A DNA stretch of 64,000 nucleotides, from contig JBGPJO010000001.1 in NCBI GenBank assembly GCA_041485465.1, positions 29,017-93,016 on the forward strand, written 5' to 3'. The notes under the pieces are model-generated. The model was given only the letters and a program-made list of their open reading frames with translations. It ran no database searches and was not told the DNA's origin. Numbering within the stretch: the stretch's first letter is position 1; each line of letters opens with the position of its first letter. Source of the stretch: Minisyncoccia bacterium (GTDB taxonomy: Bacteria > Patescibacteriota > Minisyncoccia > Phycocordibacterales > JAKFXT01). Below, in pieces: positions 29,844-40,143 of this stretch. Made by a program: the position numbers and the translations under genes.

Positions 29844-30422
29844 TCAAACTGAAAAACGAACGTATCGAGAAACTTCAATTCTCTCTCCAAACTTTTGAAT
29901 CGCCTCCGCAATAAGCTCCCCGACAGTAATTTCCGGATTTTTGATATAGGGCTGTTCGAGAAGAACCCTTTCTTTAAAATATGCCATAAGCTTAGCGTCG
30001 AGAATCTTCTCCTTAAGATCTTTCGGTTTTCCTTTAACCTCTGCTTTGAATACTTCTTTTGCCGTCTCTTTTGATTTTAGGTCGATGTCGCTCATGCTTA
30101 AATACTCCGGGTTAGTCGCCGCAACATGCATCGCAATCGCATAGGCAAGTTTCTTGAATTCCTCATTCTTCGAAACAAAATCAGTCTCTGAAGAAAGAAC
30201 AACAAGAGACCCGATAGTGCCGGTCGCATGAATGTACGCGGCTACCGCTCCCCCTTTGAGCGCTCTGTCACTTTTCTTTTCCGCCGTCTCCGAACTTTTC
30301 TTTCGCAAGATGAAAAGTGCTTTTTCCATATCACCACTTGCCTCCTCGAGTGCTTTTTTACACTGCATGACGGAGACGCCGGTCTCGTCGCGAAGCTTCT
30401 TCACTTGTTCTGTAGTAATCAT
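29844..30422 (-). CDS. tsf: Elongation factor Ts (short form)
   Basis: VKKLRDETGVSVMQCKKAL, ETDFVSKN, GERIEVSRYVRF; after rpsB. Confidence 0.97.
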   Translation of the reverse strand: MITTEQVKKLRDETGVSVMQCKKALEEASGDMEKALFILRKKSSETAEKKSDRALKGGAVAAYIHATGTIGSLVVLSSETDFVSKNEEFKKLAYAIAMHVAATNPEYLSMSDIDLKSKETAKEVFKAEVKGKPKDLKEKILDAKLMAYFKERVLLEQPYIKNPEITVGELIAEAIQKFGERIEVSRYVRFSV

Positions 30423-30455
30423 CAAAAAAGAACATCAAAAAACAGGGTGGATAAA

Positions 30456-31169
30456 TTATTCGGAAGCTTTTATATCCGGCTCTTTTTTATATGCAGAGAC
30501 AATTTTATGGACAAAAAATTCAATGCTCGCTCGCGATGAGTCATTCCCCGGAATAGCATAGTCGATTTCCGCGAGGTCACAGTCTGAGTTCACAAGAGCA
30601 ATAACGGGAATGCCCAATACTTTAGCTTCGGCAACAACAATGTGTTCCCGCTTTGAATCAATGACGAAAATTGCCGCGGGAAGAGCTTTCATCGAGACGA
30701 TACCGCCAAAATTCCGCTCAAGAGTCTCGATTTCTCGGTCGATGAGCAAACGCTCTTTTTTGGTATATTTGGAAAGTTCGCCGCGTTCACGCTCGCCGCT
30801 CAGTTTTTCAAGTTTTTCAATACGCTTCTTGATCTGTGGGAAATTAGTAAGCGTCCCGCCGATAAAACGGCCTGCAACATAGGGCATGTGAATAGCTTCC
30901 GCGCCTTTTTCAACCGCTTCTTTGGCTTCATTTTTTCCAGAAACAAAAAGAATCTGTTTCCCTTCCTGCGCCAATTTTTGGATAAAGGTTTCCGCCCGCT
31001 CGAGTGCTTGCCCCGTCTTCTCGAGATCAAAAATTTCTACCCGAGCTTTTGAACCAAAGATGAAAGGAGAGGCCGAGGGATGCCTGCGGGATTTACTATA
31101 AGCAAAATGAGCGCCGACCCTGAAAAGGCCTTCTATTGTGGAGTTTGGGGCTGTTTTTTCTTGGTGCAT
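30456..31169 (-). CDS. rpsB: 30S ribosomal protein S2
   Basis: VGAHFAY, RFIGGTLTNF, IPGNDSS. Confidence 0.97.
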   Translation of the reverse strand: MHQEKTAPNSTIEGLFRVGAHFAYSKSRRHPSASPFIFGSKARVEIFDLEKTGQALERAETFIQKLAQEGKQILFVSGKNEAKEAVEKGAEAIHMPYVAGRFIGGTLTNFPQIKKRIEKLEKLSGERERGELSKYTKKERLLIDREIETLERNFGGIVSMKALPAAIFVIDSKREHIVVAEAKVLGIPVIALVNSDCDLAEIDYAIPGNDSSRASIEFFVHKIVSAYKKEPDIKASE

Positions 31170-31222
31170 GAGGCTAGAGTCTAGCAAAAAAATAATACCC
31201 GCGCAAATTATGTATGTATGAC

Positions 31223-32200
31223 TTACCTTTCCCCCCGTTTATCCTTTTTCCCCCCTTCCGTTTCAACAAATGCATCAACAATTGGATCAAGACCGCCCGC
31301 CATGATTTTCTCTATATTATGCCACGATATCTTGAGTCGATGGTCGGTAATGCGATCCTGTGGAAAATTATAGGTGCGGATTTTTTCAGATCGATCCGCC
31401 GTGCCAATTTGCTCCTTACGGTCAAAAGCCGATTTCTTCGCCTCCTCCTCATCTTTCAGGGCCTGAAGTTTTGCTGAGAGAATAATGAAGGCTTTTTCGC
31501 GATTTTTTTGCTGACTGCGCTCTGAAGTCGAGCGAACATCAATTCCCGTCGGCTTATGGACAAGTCGAACCGCCGTTTCAACCTTATTGACGTTTTGTCC
31601 TCCGGCGCCGCCTGAGCGCGAAAATTCGATTTCTATGTCAACCGGATTTATTTCAATCTTCGCTTTTTTGGGAATGGGCAACATCGCGACCGATGCGGTT
31701 GAGGTGTGGATTCGTCCGGATTTTTCGGTTAAAGGAATTCGTTGGACCCGGTGCACTCCCGTCTCATATTTTAAAAGCTTATGGGCGTCTTTGCCCTTAA
31801 TTTCAATTGAAACTTCCTTATAGCCACGGACGGCACTTTTCGATTCCTCAAGAATTCGGGCACTCCAGCCCTTTTTTGCGGCATACTTCTGATACATCTC
31901 GGAAAGTTCAAGAGCAAAGAGCGATGCCTCATCCCCCCCTGCGCCCGAGCGGACCTCAAGAATAATTTCAGACGCGAATTCTTCTTCCTCTTCGCCACCC
32001 CTTACAATCTCTTCCATTTGCCGCTCGAGCGCGCCTTTCTCTCCTTTGATTCTTGAAAGTTCTTCGCCACCTAAGTCTTTCAGTCCCGGATCACGCTCAA
32101 GCATGTTTAAAACCTGCTTCTCCTCTTCAAGAAGTTTCTCATAGTTCTGAAAGAGGTACTGTGTGCGATGGTCTTTTTTGTATATCTCAAGATCCGTCAT
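31223..32200 (-). CDS. prfA: Peptide chain release factor 1
   Basis: [12 protein letters not shown] (PxT), [23 protein letters not shown]. Confidence 0.96.
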   Translation of the reverse strand: MTDLEIYKKDHRTQYLFQNYEKLLEEEKQVLNMLERDPGLKDLGGEELSRIKGEKGALERQMEEIVRGGEEEEEFASEIILEVRSGAGGDEASLFALELSEMYQKYAAKKGWSARILEESKSAVRGYKEVSIEIKGKDAHKLLKYETGVHRVQRIPLTEKSGRIHTSTASVAMLPIPKKAKIEINPVDIEIEFSRSGGAGGQNVNKVETAVRLVHKPTGIDVRSTSERSQQKNREKAFIILSAKLQALKDEEEAKKSAFDRKEQIGTADRSEKIRTYNFPQDRITDHRLKISWHNIEKIMAGGLDPIVDAFVETEGGKKDKRGER

Positions 32201-32252
32201 TTTTTCAAAAAGAAAAACCCTGCCCTCAAAGAGAAGCTGGTTTTCCGTGTAG

Positions 32253-32519
32253 TTAATTTTTGGCCGATTTCTTCGGAGATTTTGCCGTTTTCTTCGTCAC
32301 GGTAGTTTTTTTCGTCAAAGCACTCGTCCGGCGAGCATTAAAACGCTCGACACGACCGGCAGTATCAATAATTTTTTCCGTTCCCGTATAAAACGGGTGG
32401 CACTGGCTGCAGATTTCAACATGGAGTTTCTGAGCGGTCGATCCGACGACAAAAGACGCCCCGCAGGCGCAGGTCGCTTTAGCATCTGCAAAATATGCCG
32501 GATGGATATCGGTTTTCAC
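32253..32519 (-). CDS. rpmE: 50S ribosomal protein L31
   Basis: GTG start; KTDIHPAY...CACG...[10 protein letters not shown]...GRVERF. Confidence 0.96.
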   Translation of the reverse strand: MKTDIHPAYFADAKATCACGASFVVGSTAQKLHVEICSQCHPFYTGTEKIIDTAGRVERFNARRTSALTKKTTVTKKTAKSPKKSAKN

Positions 32520-33904
32520 AGATTGATTATAGCACGAATATTTGATTGTGCAACCGAGAGGGGCTCGACCGCGAGACCCTTTAAAATATCGATCTGCTGC
32601 TGGTATTTGTCCGCCAAATCCATAACTTCGTTGCCGTAAAAAGCGTAGGAAGATTTTGTGGCATTTTTCCAACCGGCAAGGTAACGCAAGGCGGCGAGGC
32701 GCTCGGCTGCCGCTGTTCCCCGAGCGCCGCCGTTATCCTTAAGAAGAACCGCTGCCGCAAAAAAGGCATCCCGCGGATTCCACGGATTCGGCGGATTACT
32801 TCCGGTAACCTCCGCTATCTTGTCTTTGTAAATAATCCAGGTCGAAGGAATAAACTGGGCCGGCCCCATCGCGCCGCCATACCCATACCATGCCTTTTTT
32901 GAAACGGGCATCTGATCGGGATCAAGACCGAGTTCTGAGGTAATTTGTCGAAATATTCCCCTATCCCGATCGGTCTTTGAAGGAGGCACCTGGCAACACA
33001 TGTCGATTTTCCAGTTTCCGGTTCCGACATTCTCTCCCAGGTTTGATTCTTCGGCAATTATTCCGAGTATAAATGCGGGACGAAGACCCGTTTTCATTCC
33101 CGCTTCATTTGCATATTGATATGCTTTTTCAAAGGGGATCGCTCCCGTACCGGTCAGGGAAAACAGCGCTGTCCGAATAGTCGTTGCATCTTTTTGTTTT
33201 TGGGAGAGAATCTGCTGATAAATTTTCTCCTCCCCTTTGGTAATTTTGAGAAGATTGTTTCTCTCCGCCTGTTGCTTTTCTATGGTCTTTTTCTGAAGAT
33301 CCTGAATACCCCTCAAATTAAGCTGCTCTTGACGTCTGTCCTCAAGATCCTGCTTTTGCTGCTCCGTCTCCATTCTCGTGTCGCCAATGTCGGAAAAAGA
33401 CTGATAGAGTTCTTTTTTAACCTGATCAAAAGAATCAAGATCACCGAAAAAAGTCGAGAGGTCGGAACTGCCGAGAACGAATTCTGCGAGTGAATATGAA
33501 TCGATTTCTTGAGTTTTACGGATAAGTTGAGCGAGGGATTCTTTTTCTTTTTCCAGTTTATCGTTTAATTGACCGATGGTGTCCTGTTTACCGCTGATAT
33601 CGCTCGAGAGCTGCTCTATCGTTATGTCGCGGGCCTTGATCGCAAGTTTTGCTTCATTGATCTTTCCATTCAAGACGTCGATATCGCGTTGTAAAGACGC
33701 GGACTCTTGCTCTTTCTGGTCAACCATTTTCTGCTGGGCATCTATCTGGGACTGCAGGTCATTCAACTGCTGTTCAAGCTCGACCCGGCGAGCGGGAGAA
33801 ATGAGTTCGGAGGAACTTTGCGAAAAGCTCTTCGGGATAGCAATTAAAAAGACGAGCACCCCGACACCTAAAATTACAAAAGGTTTTCTATAAAGATCAC
33901 TCAT
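32516..33904 (-). CDS. Coiled-coil lytic murein transglycosylase (SLT_2/MltB-like)
   Basis: Signal/TM, long coiled coil, IIAEES catalytic Glu, [13 protein letters not shown]. Confidence 0.85.
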   Translation of the reverse strand: MSDLYRKPFVILGVGVLVFLIAIPKSFSQSSSELISPARRVELEQQLNDLQSQIDAQQKMVDQKEQESASLQRDIDVLNGKINEAKLAIKARDITIEQLSSDISGKQDTIGQLNDKLEKEKESLAQLIRKTQEIDSYSLAEFVLGSSDLSTFFGDLDSFDQVKKELYQSFSDIGDTRMETEQQKQDLEDRRQEQLNLRGIQDLQKKTIEKQQAERNNLLKITKGEEKIYQQILSQKQKDATTIRTALFSLTGTGAIPFEKAYQYANEAGMKTGLRPAFILGIIAEESNLGENVGTGNWKIDMCCQVPPSKTDRDRGIFRQITSELGLDPDQMPVSKKAWYGYGGAMGPAQFIPSTWIIYKDKIAEVTGSNPPNPWNPRDAFFAAAVLLKDNGGARGTAAAERLAALRYLAGWKNATKSSYAFYGNEVMDLADKYQQQIDILKGLAVEPLSVAQSNIRAIINL

Positions 33905-33937
33905 AACAAAAGACGGAAGGTTTCCCTTCCGTCACGG

Positions 33938-34642
33938 TTACTTCTTTTCGGAAGATTTCTTTTCGGGAGTTGAAAATTTCTTCTCGGGAACTGCCGCGAC
34001 AGTTTCTGTTCCTTCTCCCCCCTCCCCTTCTTTCTTTCCTTTCTTTTCAACCTCGATTGAAGTGAGATCGATCGGTGCAACTTCCTCTTCTTTTTCTTCT
34101 CTTGGTTCAGCGATTGCGGCAACCACTTCTTCTTTCCCTTCAAGTGACGTTACTCCGCTCGGAAAAACAACATCTTTAATATGAATCTGGCTTTCGAAAT
34201 TTTCAAGGCTTTCAAGATTAACGGTGATTGAGTGCGGTAGATCCTTCGGCATTGCTTCAATTTCTATTTCGTAAAGAACTTTGACGAGAACGCCGCCGAG
34301 ATTTTTGATCGCGGGCGCGATACCCTCAAAATGAATCGGCACTTTAATCTTCACTTTCTTTCCTTTTTCAAGCACATAGAAATCGGCGTGCCGCGGTTCA
34401 CCCTTAATCGGATCGAAGTCTATGTCATGGATAAGTGTTTCAAGCTCCTTACCGTCCCCCTTGAGAACAACGGTCGCCGCTTCTCCCGCGTCGCGAAGGA
34501 TCTTTTTAAAGGCCGCCTTTGAAACACTAATCGCGGTCGAGGTCTCTTTATGCCCATAATAAACGGCCGGCATGACATCACTCGGAAGGATTTTGCTCGC
34601 CTTCCCGATGACTTTTCTTTTTTCTATATTGAGCGCTAACAT
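33938..34642 (-). CDS. rplY: 50S ribosomal protein L25/Ctc
   Basis: MPAVYYG, HADFY, GGVL, DLPHSITVNLESL, acidic tail. Confidence 0.95.
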   Translation of the reverse strand: MLALNIEKRKVIGKASKILPSDVMPAVYYGHKETSTAISVSKAAFKKILRDAGEAATVVLKGDGKELETLIHDIDFDPIKGEPRHADFYVLEKGKKVKIKVPIHFEGIAPAIKNLGGVLVKVLYEIEIEAMPKDLPHSITVNLESLENFESQIHIKDVVFPSGVTSLEGKEEVVAAIAEPREEKEEEVAPIDLTSIEVEKKGKKEGEGGEGTETVAAVPEKKFSTPEKKSSEKK

Positions 34643-34697
34643 CCCTTCAGTATACAAATTTAAGCCTGAAAATCAAATTTATAGCTTGATAAATAAG

Positions 34698-34731
34698 AAA
34701 AGTCTGGGGTTGTTATGCATCCCCAGACTTT
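34698..34731 (-). terminator. Probable intrinsic terminator
   Basis: AAAGTCTGGGG...CCCCAGACTTT inverted repeat right after the stop of the small Cys-containing ORF. Confidence 0.65.
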
Positions 34732-34958
34732 CACAATAAATGCTCCCTGCGATACCGTTGATCGGCAAGTTCCTTTGCAAGTTCAGGATCTTCCGGTTCA
34801 AACCCAAAAGCACCATTAAACCCATAAGCAAGCCAACATTCGGAAATGCTCATTTCAAATCCGGGAACTTTTTTATCCTGGGGCTCGGTTGGTTCCAGTG
34901 GGATACGGTGTTCAGTTTCCTGGTGACCGCAGTGTTTGCATCTAATGCCGTCCGCCAT
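34731..34958 (-). CDS. Small hypothetical protein with CxxC..H motif
   Basis: GGAGG SD before MADGIRCKHCGHQETEH; followed by a terminator. Confidence 0.65.
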   Translation of the reverse strand: MADGIRCKHCGHQETEHRIPLEPTEPQDKKVPGFEMSISECWLAYGFNGAFGFEPEDPELAKELADQRYRREHLL

Positions 34959-35040
34959 GCAAGCCTCCATCAATCAAGAAAACAATCAACAAAAATCTTT
35001 CTTTTGTAAGATTAATGAAGAAAGAAAGAATCGCAACTCT

Positions 35041-36024
35041 TTAATTTTCTTTCACCGCGTTCGGGGCTTTTCTTCCTTCAAGCACTTCAATAATATTCGC
35101 TGCCGCCAATTCCGCCATCTTGTCCCTCGTCTTTACGGTTGCGGAAGCAATGTGCGGCGTAATAATTACATTTTCAAGCTCAGCAAGACCAGGCGCTAAA
35201 TTCGGCTCATTCTCAAAAACGTCAATCGCCGCTCCAGCGATGACATTATTTTTAAGAGCATCGACAAGCGCCGCTTCGTCGATAACCGGGCCGCGTGAGG
35301 TATTAATGAGATACGCTGTTTTTTTCATCATCCTGAGACGATCAGCGTTCATAAGGTGGTGCGTCGACGGTAAGAGCGGCACGTGGATCGAAATGAAATC
35401 GGCGTCTTTCAAAACTTCCTCGGCCGTCGCCTTGAATGTTGCGCCGAGTTTTTTCTCCATAGTCTCATTCTGCCTGACATCGTAATAAATAATTTTCATG
35501 CCGAAACCAAAAGCCGCTTTGCTGGCAACGCTCTCCCCGATCCGGCCGGCGCCTAAAATACCGAGTGTCTTCCCTTGAAGATCCGTACCAAGAAACAGTA
35601 AGGGATCCCAGCCGATATATTTCCCCGCGCGAAGAAATCTATCTCCCTCGACTATTCGGCAGGCAAGCGAAATAAGAAGCGCAAATGTGTGTTCGGCAAC
35701 GGTATTGGTGAGCACGCCAGGAGTGCTTGAAACGATAACTCCGCGCGCTTTCGCTTCTTTGAGATCGACATTGTTCACCCCAACGGCAAGGTTGGCAAAA
35801 ATTTTTGCCGAGGATGCCGCGTCAAACGCATCTTTATCTATAGAATCGGTCAAAAGGGAGAGTACTGCGTCATACGGTTTTTCTTTAAGCGCCGTTACTA
35901 GTTCGCCTTTGGTAAGTGGCGCTCCTTTAGTGCTCACGTTAACTTCGTAACCTTTTTCTTTGAGCATAAGTATCCCGGCCTCTGGAATCTTCCTCGTAAC
36001 GTAAATTTTGTACACAGTGGTCAA
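35041..36024 (-). CDS. D-isomer 2-hydroxyacid dehydrogenase (glyoxylate reductase/D-glycerate dehydrogenase-like)
   Basis: GILGAGRIG, INTSRG, DVFENEP, TPHIASAT. Confidence 0.93.
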   Translation of the reverse strand: MTTVYKIYVTRKIPEAGILMLKEKGYEVNVSTKGAPLTKGELVTALKEKPYDAVLSLLTDSIDKDAFDAASSAKIFANLAVGVNNVDLKEAKARGVIVSSTPGVLTNTVAEHTFALLISLACRIVEGDRFLRAGKYIGWDPLLFLGTDLQGKTLGILGAGRIGESVASKAAFGFGMKIIYYDVRQNETMEKKLGATFKATAEEVLKDADFISIHVPLLPSTHHLMNADRLRMMKKTAYLINTSRGPVIDEAALVDALKNNVIAGAAIDVFENEPNLAPGLAELENVIITPHIASATVKTRDKMAELAAANIIEVLEGRKAPNAVKEN

Positions 36025-36885
36025 TTAATAGTTATTAAAAATCCTAAGTTTTTCGACGACGACTTTTTGAATAGCTTCAATTGCAGGCCGCATCAGTTTA
36101 TAGGGAGCGACCTCGTCCGGATGTTCCGAAAGTGACGCTTTAACGGCATCGCGAAAGGCGACCCTGATTTCGGTATTGATGTGAACGATTGACACTCCTG
36201 CCGCTATTGCCGCTTTGAAATCTTGAGGTGTTGTACCGGAGCCGCCATGAAGGACAAGAGGAACTCCTGAGGAGATGCGAATCGCTTTAATGAGCTCAAT
36301 ATCAAGCCTCGGCTCTGGAGCGTTTTTAAGCATACCGTGAATGTTTCCGACTGCAGGCGCAAAAAGGTCAACGCCAGTTTCGGCAACATAACGTTTTGCT
36401 TCTTCCGGTTTCGTCATGTTTTCCGGTCCGACACCTTCCGGCAGTTTATCGAGAAGCTTTGAGGAAGTGCCGATGTAACCAAGTTCCCCTTCAACAACGA
36501 TTTCAGGATCAACACTCCGTGCATACAAAACACATTTTTTTGTCTGTTCAATATTCTGCTCGATCGGAAGCTTCGCGCCATCGTAAATCGCCGCATTAAA
36601 GCGGGCGTCAATTGCTTCTTTAAATCGTTCAAATGAATAGCTGTGGTCGGCATTAAGGAAAATCGGGTAACCGAATTCATCCTGAAGACTCTGAACGACA
36701 GCCTTTGCCTGCCGAATGCCGAAAAAAGCTCTTTCCCCTTCGGACAATCCGATAATTACTGGAACATCAAGAAGTCGCGCTGCCCCCCAAATACCCCAAA
36801 GTGCCTCCATGTTTGAGATATTAAAATGACCGATCGCCACTTTTTTTTCTTCAGCTTCCTGAACACACTCGCGCAAGGTCTTCAT
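36025..36885 (-). CDS. fba: Class II fructose-bisphosphate aldolase
   Basis: FLNADH, VEGELGYIG, GNIHG, LVLHGGSG, INTE; start MKTLRE at 36885. Confidence 0.93.
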   Translation of the reverse strand: MKTLRECVQEAEEKKVAIGHFNISNMEALWGIWGAARLLDVPVIIGLSEGERAFFGIRQAKAVVQSLQDEFGYPIFLNADHSYSFERFKEAIDARFNAAIYDGAKLPIEQNIEQTKKCVLYARSVDPEIVVEGELGYIGTSSKLLDKLPEGVGPENMTKPEEAKRYVAETGVDLFAPAVGNIHGMLKNAPEPRLDIELIKAIRISSGVPLVLHGGSGTTPQDFKAAIAAGVSIVHINTEIRVAFRDAVKASLSEHPDEVAPYKLMRPAIEAIQKVVVEKLRIFNNY

Positions 36886-36935
36886 GAAAAAAGTATACCA
36901 CGGGGGAAATTGATCATGGTATAATTTTTTCATGA
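36882..36935. promoter_or_regulatory. Symmetric divergent promoter (19-bp inverted repeat containing both extended -10 boxes and both ATGs)
   Basis: TCATGAAAAAAGTATACCA (36882-36900) and TGGTATAATTTTTTCATGA (36917-36935) are reverse complements with one mismatch. Confidence 0.7.
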
Positions 36936-37924
36936 CCGAGTTTGATTTCGTTGGGGTCGGCGACATTGTGACGGACGCCTTCATCCGCATTAAAGACGCA
37001 CACCTGACGTGTACCATTGATCGTGAAAAATGCGAACTCTGCCTGCGGTTTGGCGATAAGGTCCCCTACGAATCAGTTGAGGTTATCTCCGCTGTCGGCA
37101 ATTCTCCGAATGCTTCGGTTTCTGCAGTAAGACTCGGACTCAAAACTGCGCTCGTTAGCGACCTCGGAGACGATATTATCGCCCAGGATTCGGTTCGAAC
37201 ACTGAAAACAAACAATGTAGACACGACGTTCGTCAAAATCCACAAGGGCAAGCGAAGCAACTACCACTACGTACTGTGGTACGAAGTCGACCGCACCATT
37301 TTAGTCAAACACCAAGAATATCCTTACCAATTTCCGGATATCGGAACTCCTCAGTGGCTGTATCTAAGTTCTTTGTCCGAACACTCCGTTGATTACCATG
37401 AAGAAATCGCCCGCTACATCACGAAAAATCCGGGGGTTAAGCTCGCGTTTCAACCGGGTACGTTTCAAATAAAGCTCGGGGCACAAAAACTGAGAGACAT
37501 CTATCAAAGAACCGAAATATTTTTCTCTAACATTGAAGAGTCGCAGAAAATTTTAAACACGGACAAAAAAAATATCGGAGAGCTTTTGAAGGGTATTCAT
37601 TCCCTCGGTCCGAAAATTGTTTCTATTACCGACGGTCCCAAGGGAGCATACGCTTTTGATGGGCAAAATATGTGGTTCATGCCGCCTTTTGACCCACTGA
37701 AAGAGGCGTATGAGCGAACGGGTGCGGGGGATGCATTTGCTTCGGCGGTGACGGTCGCGCTTGCGCTTGGTAAATCTCTTGAAGAGGCGCTTCTGTGGGG
37801 ACCGATCAACTCAGGCTCTGTCGTCCAGTATGTTGGGGCGCAAAAAGGACTGCTCTCGCGCGAAAAACTTGAAGAATATTTGAAAAACGCCCCCAAAGAC
37901 TACCGGCCAAAGAAACTCTTTTAA
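36932..37924 (+). CDS. PfkB/ribokinase-family carbohydrate kinase
   Basis: GNSPNASV..RLG, TDGPKGA, ERTGAGDAF. Confidence 0.92.
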   Translation: MTEFDFVGVGDIVTDAFIRIKDAHLTCTIDREKCELCLRFGDKVPYESVEVISAVGNSPNASVSAVRLGLKTALVSDLGDDIIAQDSVRTLKTNNVDTTFVKIHKGKRSNYHYVLWYEVDRTILVKHQEYPYQFPDIGTPQWLYLSSLSEHSVDYHEEIARYITKNPGVKLAFQPGTFQIKLGAQKLRDIYQRTEIFFSNIEESQKILNTDKKNIGELLKGIHSLGPKIVSITDGPKGAYAFDGQNMWFMPPFDPLKEAYERTGAGDAFASAVTVALALGKSLEEALLWGPINSGSVVQYVGAQKGLLSREKLEEYLKNAPKDYRPKKLF

Positions 37925-38913
37925 TTTTTTCTCGCAATAACCTTTTTGACGGCCTCTATAATGTGCGAGATGCCCATGCCGTAGTGTTCAATCAACTCTT
38001 CCGGTTTTCCCGACTGTCCGAAGAGATCAGAAACTCCGACAAATTCAATCGGCACGGGAAAATTCTTTGAGAGACACTCGGCGATTGCCGAACCGAAACC
38101 CCCCGCCTGCTGATGTTCTTCGACAGTAACCGCGGCTTTACATTCACGTGCCGCGGCAGTGACCGCCTCGGAATCAAGCGGTTTAATGGTTGCGACATTT
38201 AAAATTTTGACCGAGACACCTTCTTCTTTGAGTTTCTTCGCCGCCTGAAGCGCATTATAGAGAAGTGCGCCGGTTGCAAAAATTGCCACCTGCGGATTCT
38301 CGCCCAGCCAAAAAATCTGAGCTTTTCCGATTTTAAAGGGCGTTGCCTCCGTCGTCATAATCGGCGTTTTGTCTCTGGCAAGACGGATATACACCGGCCC
38401 TTTTATTTTCGCCGCGGCAAGGGTCGCCTTCCTCGCTTCAATAGAGTCGCACGGAGAAAGAACGCTCATGCGTGGGAGAACTCTCATTAAAGCGATATCC
38501 TCAATCGCCTGATGCGTCCCGCCGTCGGGACCAACCGAAACGCCCGCGTGCGAGCCGGCGATAACTACCTTTCGATCGTTGTAGCAAATAGTTGTTCTGA
38601 TCTGTTCCCAATTTCTCCCCGGGGAAAACATTGCGTATGAGGTAACAAAAGGAATTTTGCCCATCGCCGCCATACCGGAGGCAACGGTTACTAAGTTTTG
38701 TTCGGCAACACCTATTTCAACGAATCGGTTCGGAAATTTATTTTTAAAAAGGTGCATTTGGGTTGATTCAGTCAAATCAGCGCAGAGCCCCACAACTCTC
38801 TCGTCCCCTTCTCCTGCGGCAAGTAATCCTTCACCGAATCCTTTTCGTATCGGAAGCTGTTCAACATCTTTCGAAAAAAGTTTTGGATTGAGTTGTAGCT
38901 TTTCGTTTATCAT
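37921..38913 (-). CDS. Transketolase C-terminal subunit
   Basis: EIGVAEQN, GPDGGTHQ, GPVYIRLAR, TVEEH. Confidence 0.93.
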   Translation of the reverse strand: MINEKLQLNPKLFSKDVEQLPIRKGFGEGLLAAGEGDERVVGLCADLTESTQMHLFKNKFPNRFVEIGVAEQNLVTVASGMAAMGKIPFVTSYAMFSPGRNWEQIRTTICYNDRKVVIAGSHAGVSVGPDGGTHQAIEDIALMRVLPRMSVLSPCDSIEARKATLAAAKIKGPVYIRLARDKTPIMTTEATPFKIGKAQIFWLGENPQVAIFATGALLYNALQAAKKLKEEGVSVKILNVATIKPLDSEAVTAAARECKAAVTVEEHQQAGGFGSAIAECLSKNFPVPIEFVGVSDLFGQSGKPEELIEHYGMGISHIIEAVKKVIARKN

Positions 38914-38921
38914 ACAAATCG

Positions 38922-39281
38922 TTAGTGAAAAGTAGGGAGAAAAGCAAAACCGCTCACTATGTTAAACAGAACGTATAAGGAAAAAAGGTAAACAAATATT
39001 TTAAAAATCTGAAATGTACGGCTAGTTCTTGCGGCGGAAAAATTCTTAACTATGCGCATAATATAGATTGGTGAAAGTAGTGATGGCACAGTCGTTGGCC
39101 AGAGGAGAAGTCCCGTGAGCGCTATCCAGCCGAGGGCCACACCCTCATCAGATGAATTGCCTGGAAATAGATGCCCTAGAAGAATTCTAAGCAGAAGCGC
39201 CGCTACAATAATGACTGACGCGAGATTTAAGTAGAACACCAACTTCTCTACCTTACTTGAAAAATTCTTTGATTTATTCAT
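38922..39281 (-). CDS. Hypothetical membrane protein (3 TM) between the transketolase halves
   Basis: Hydrophobic 119-aa ORF tightly packed between tktN and tktC. Confidence 0.7.
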   Translation of the reverse strand: MNKSKNFSSKVEKLVFYLNLASVIIVAALLLRILLGHLFPGNSSDEGVALGWIALTGLLLWPTTVPSLLSPIYIMRIVKNFSAARTSRTFQIFKIFVYLFSLYVLFNIVSGFAFLPTFH

Positions 39282-40143
39282 GCTCGCTTTTTATTTGTCC
39301 GCCAAGAGTGCGCAGTTCCGCAAGTGCCATCTCCCCTTCTTCTTTATTCGGCGGTTTTCCATGCCATTCGAACTTGCGTTCGAATTCTTTTACCCCCTTC
39401 CCTGGAATAGTATGCGCGATAATTATCGACGGCTTGTTAAAAATTGCCTTCGCCTCATCAAGTGCGTTCACTATTTCTTCGAAATCGTGTCCATTTATCT
39501 CCTGAACATGCCATCCCCACGCCTCCCATTTTTCTTTCAGTGGCTCAAGCGGCATGATGTCTTCGGTAAAACCGTCTATCTGAATATTGTTGCGGTCAAT
39601 AACAGCAACTAGGTTGTGAAGCTTTTCTTTGCCCGCAAGCATTCCTCCTTCCCAAGTATTGCCGGCGTCCATCTCGCCATCGGACAAAAGACAATAGAAA
39701 AATCTTCCGCTTGATTGCCCGCGGTCAATTCTGTCGGCAAGCGCCATGCCGACCGCCTGAGAAAGTCCGGAACCAAGAGGCCCTGAACTTGTCTCCATTC
39801 CCGGAAGCCATTCTCGATGCGGGTGTCCTTGAAGACGCGAGCCGAATTTCCGAAGTGTCCGAAGTTCTGAAATCGTAAAATACCCAGCGTGAGCCATCGA
39901 AGCATAAAGCACCGGACAAATATGGCCGTTTGAAAGCACCAGCCGATCACGCTCCTCCCACAAGGGGTCTTTGGGGTTGTGCTTTAAAACATGAAAATAA
40001 AGCGCGGTAAAAATATCAGCCATGCCTAGAGGTCCCGCCGTGTGACCGGAACCAGCAGTAATGAGCATGTCAATTATCGACGTGCGAATTTTATTCGCCG
40101 TCATTTCAAGATCCCAAATTTTTGTGTCATCAAGCTTCTCCAT
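39274..40143 (-). CDS. Transketolase N-terminal subunit
   Basis: GSGH, DRLVLSNGH, LQGHP, GPLGSG, SDGE...DRN TPP motif, WHG. Confidence 0.94.
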   Translation of the reverse strand: MEKLDDTKIWDLEMTANKIRTSIIDMLITAGSGHTAGPLGMADIFTALYFHVLKHNPKDPLWEERDRLVLSNGHICPVLYASMAHAGYFTISELRTLRKFGSRLQGHPHREWLPGMETSSGPLGSGLSQAVGMALADRIDRGQSSGRFFYCLLSDGEMDAGNTWEGGMLAGKEKLHNLVAVIDRNNIQIDGFTEDIMPLEPLKEKWEAWGWHVQEINGHDFEEIVNALDEAKAIFNKPSIIIAHTIPGKGVKEFERKFEWHGKPPNKEEGEMALAELRTLGGQIKSEHE

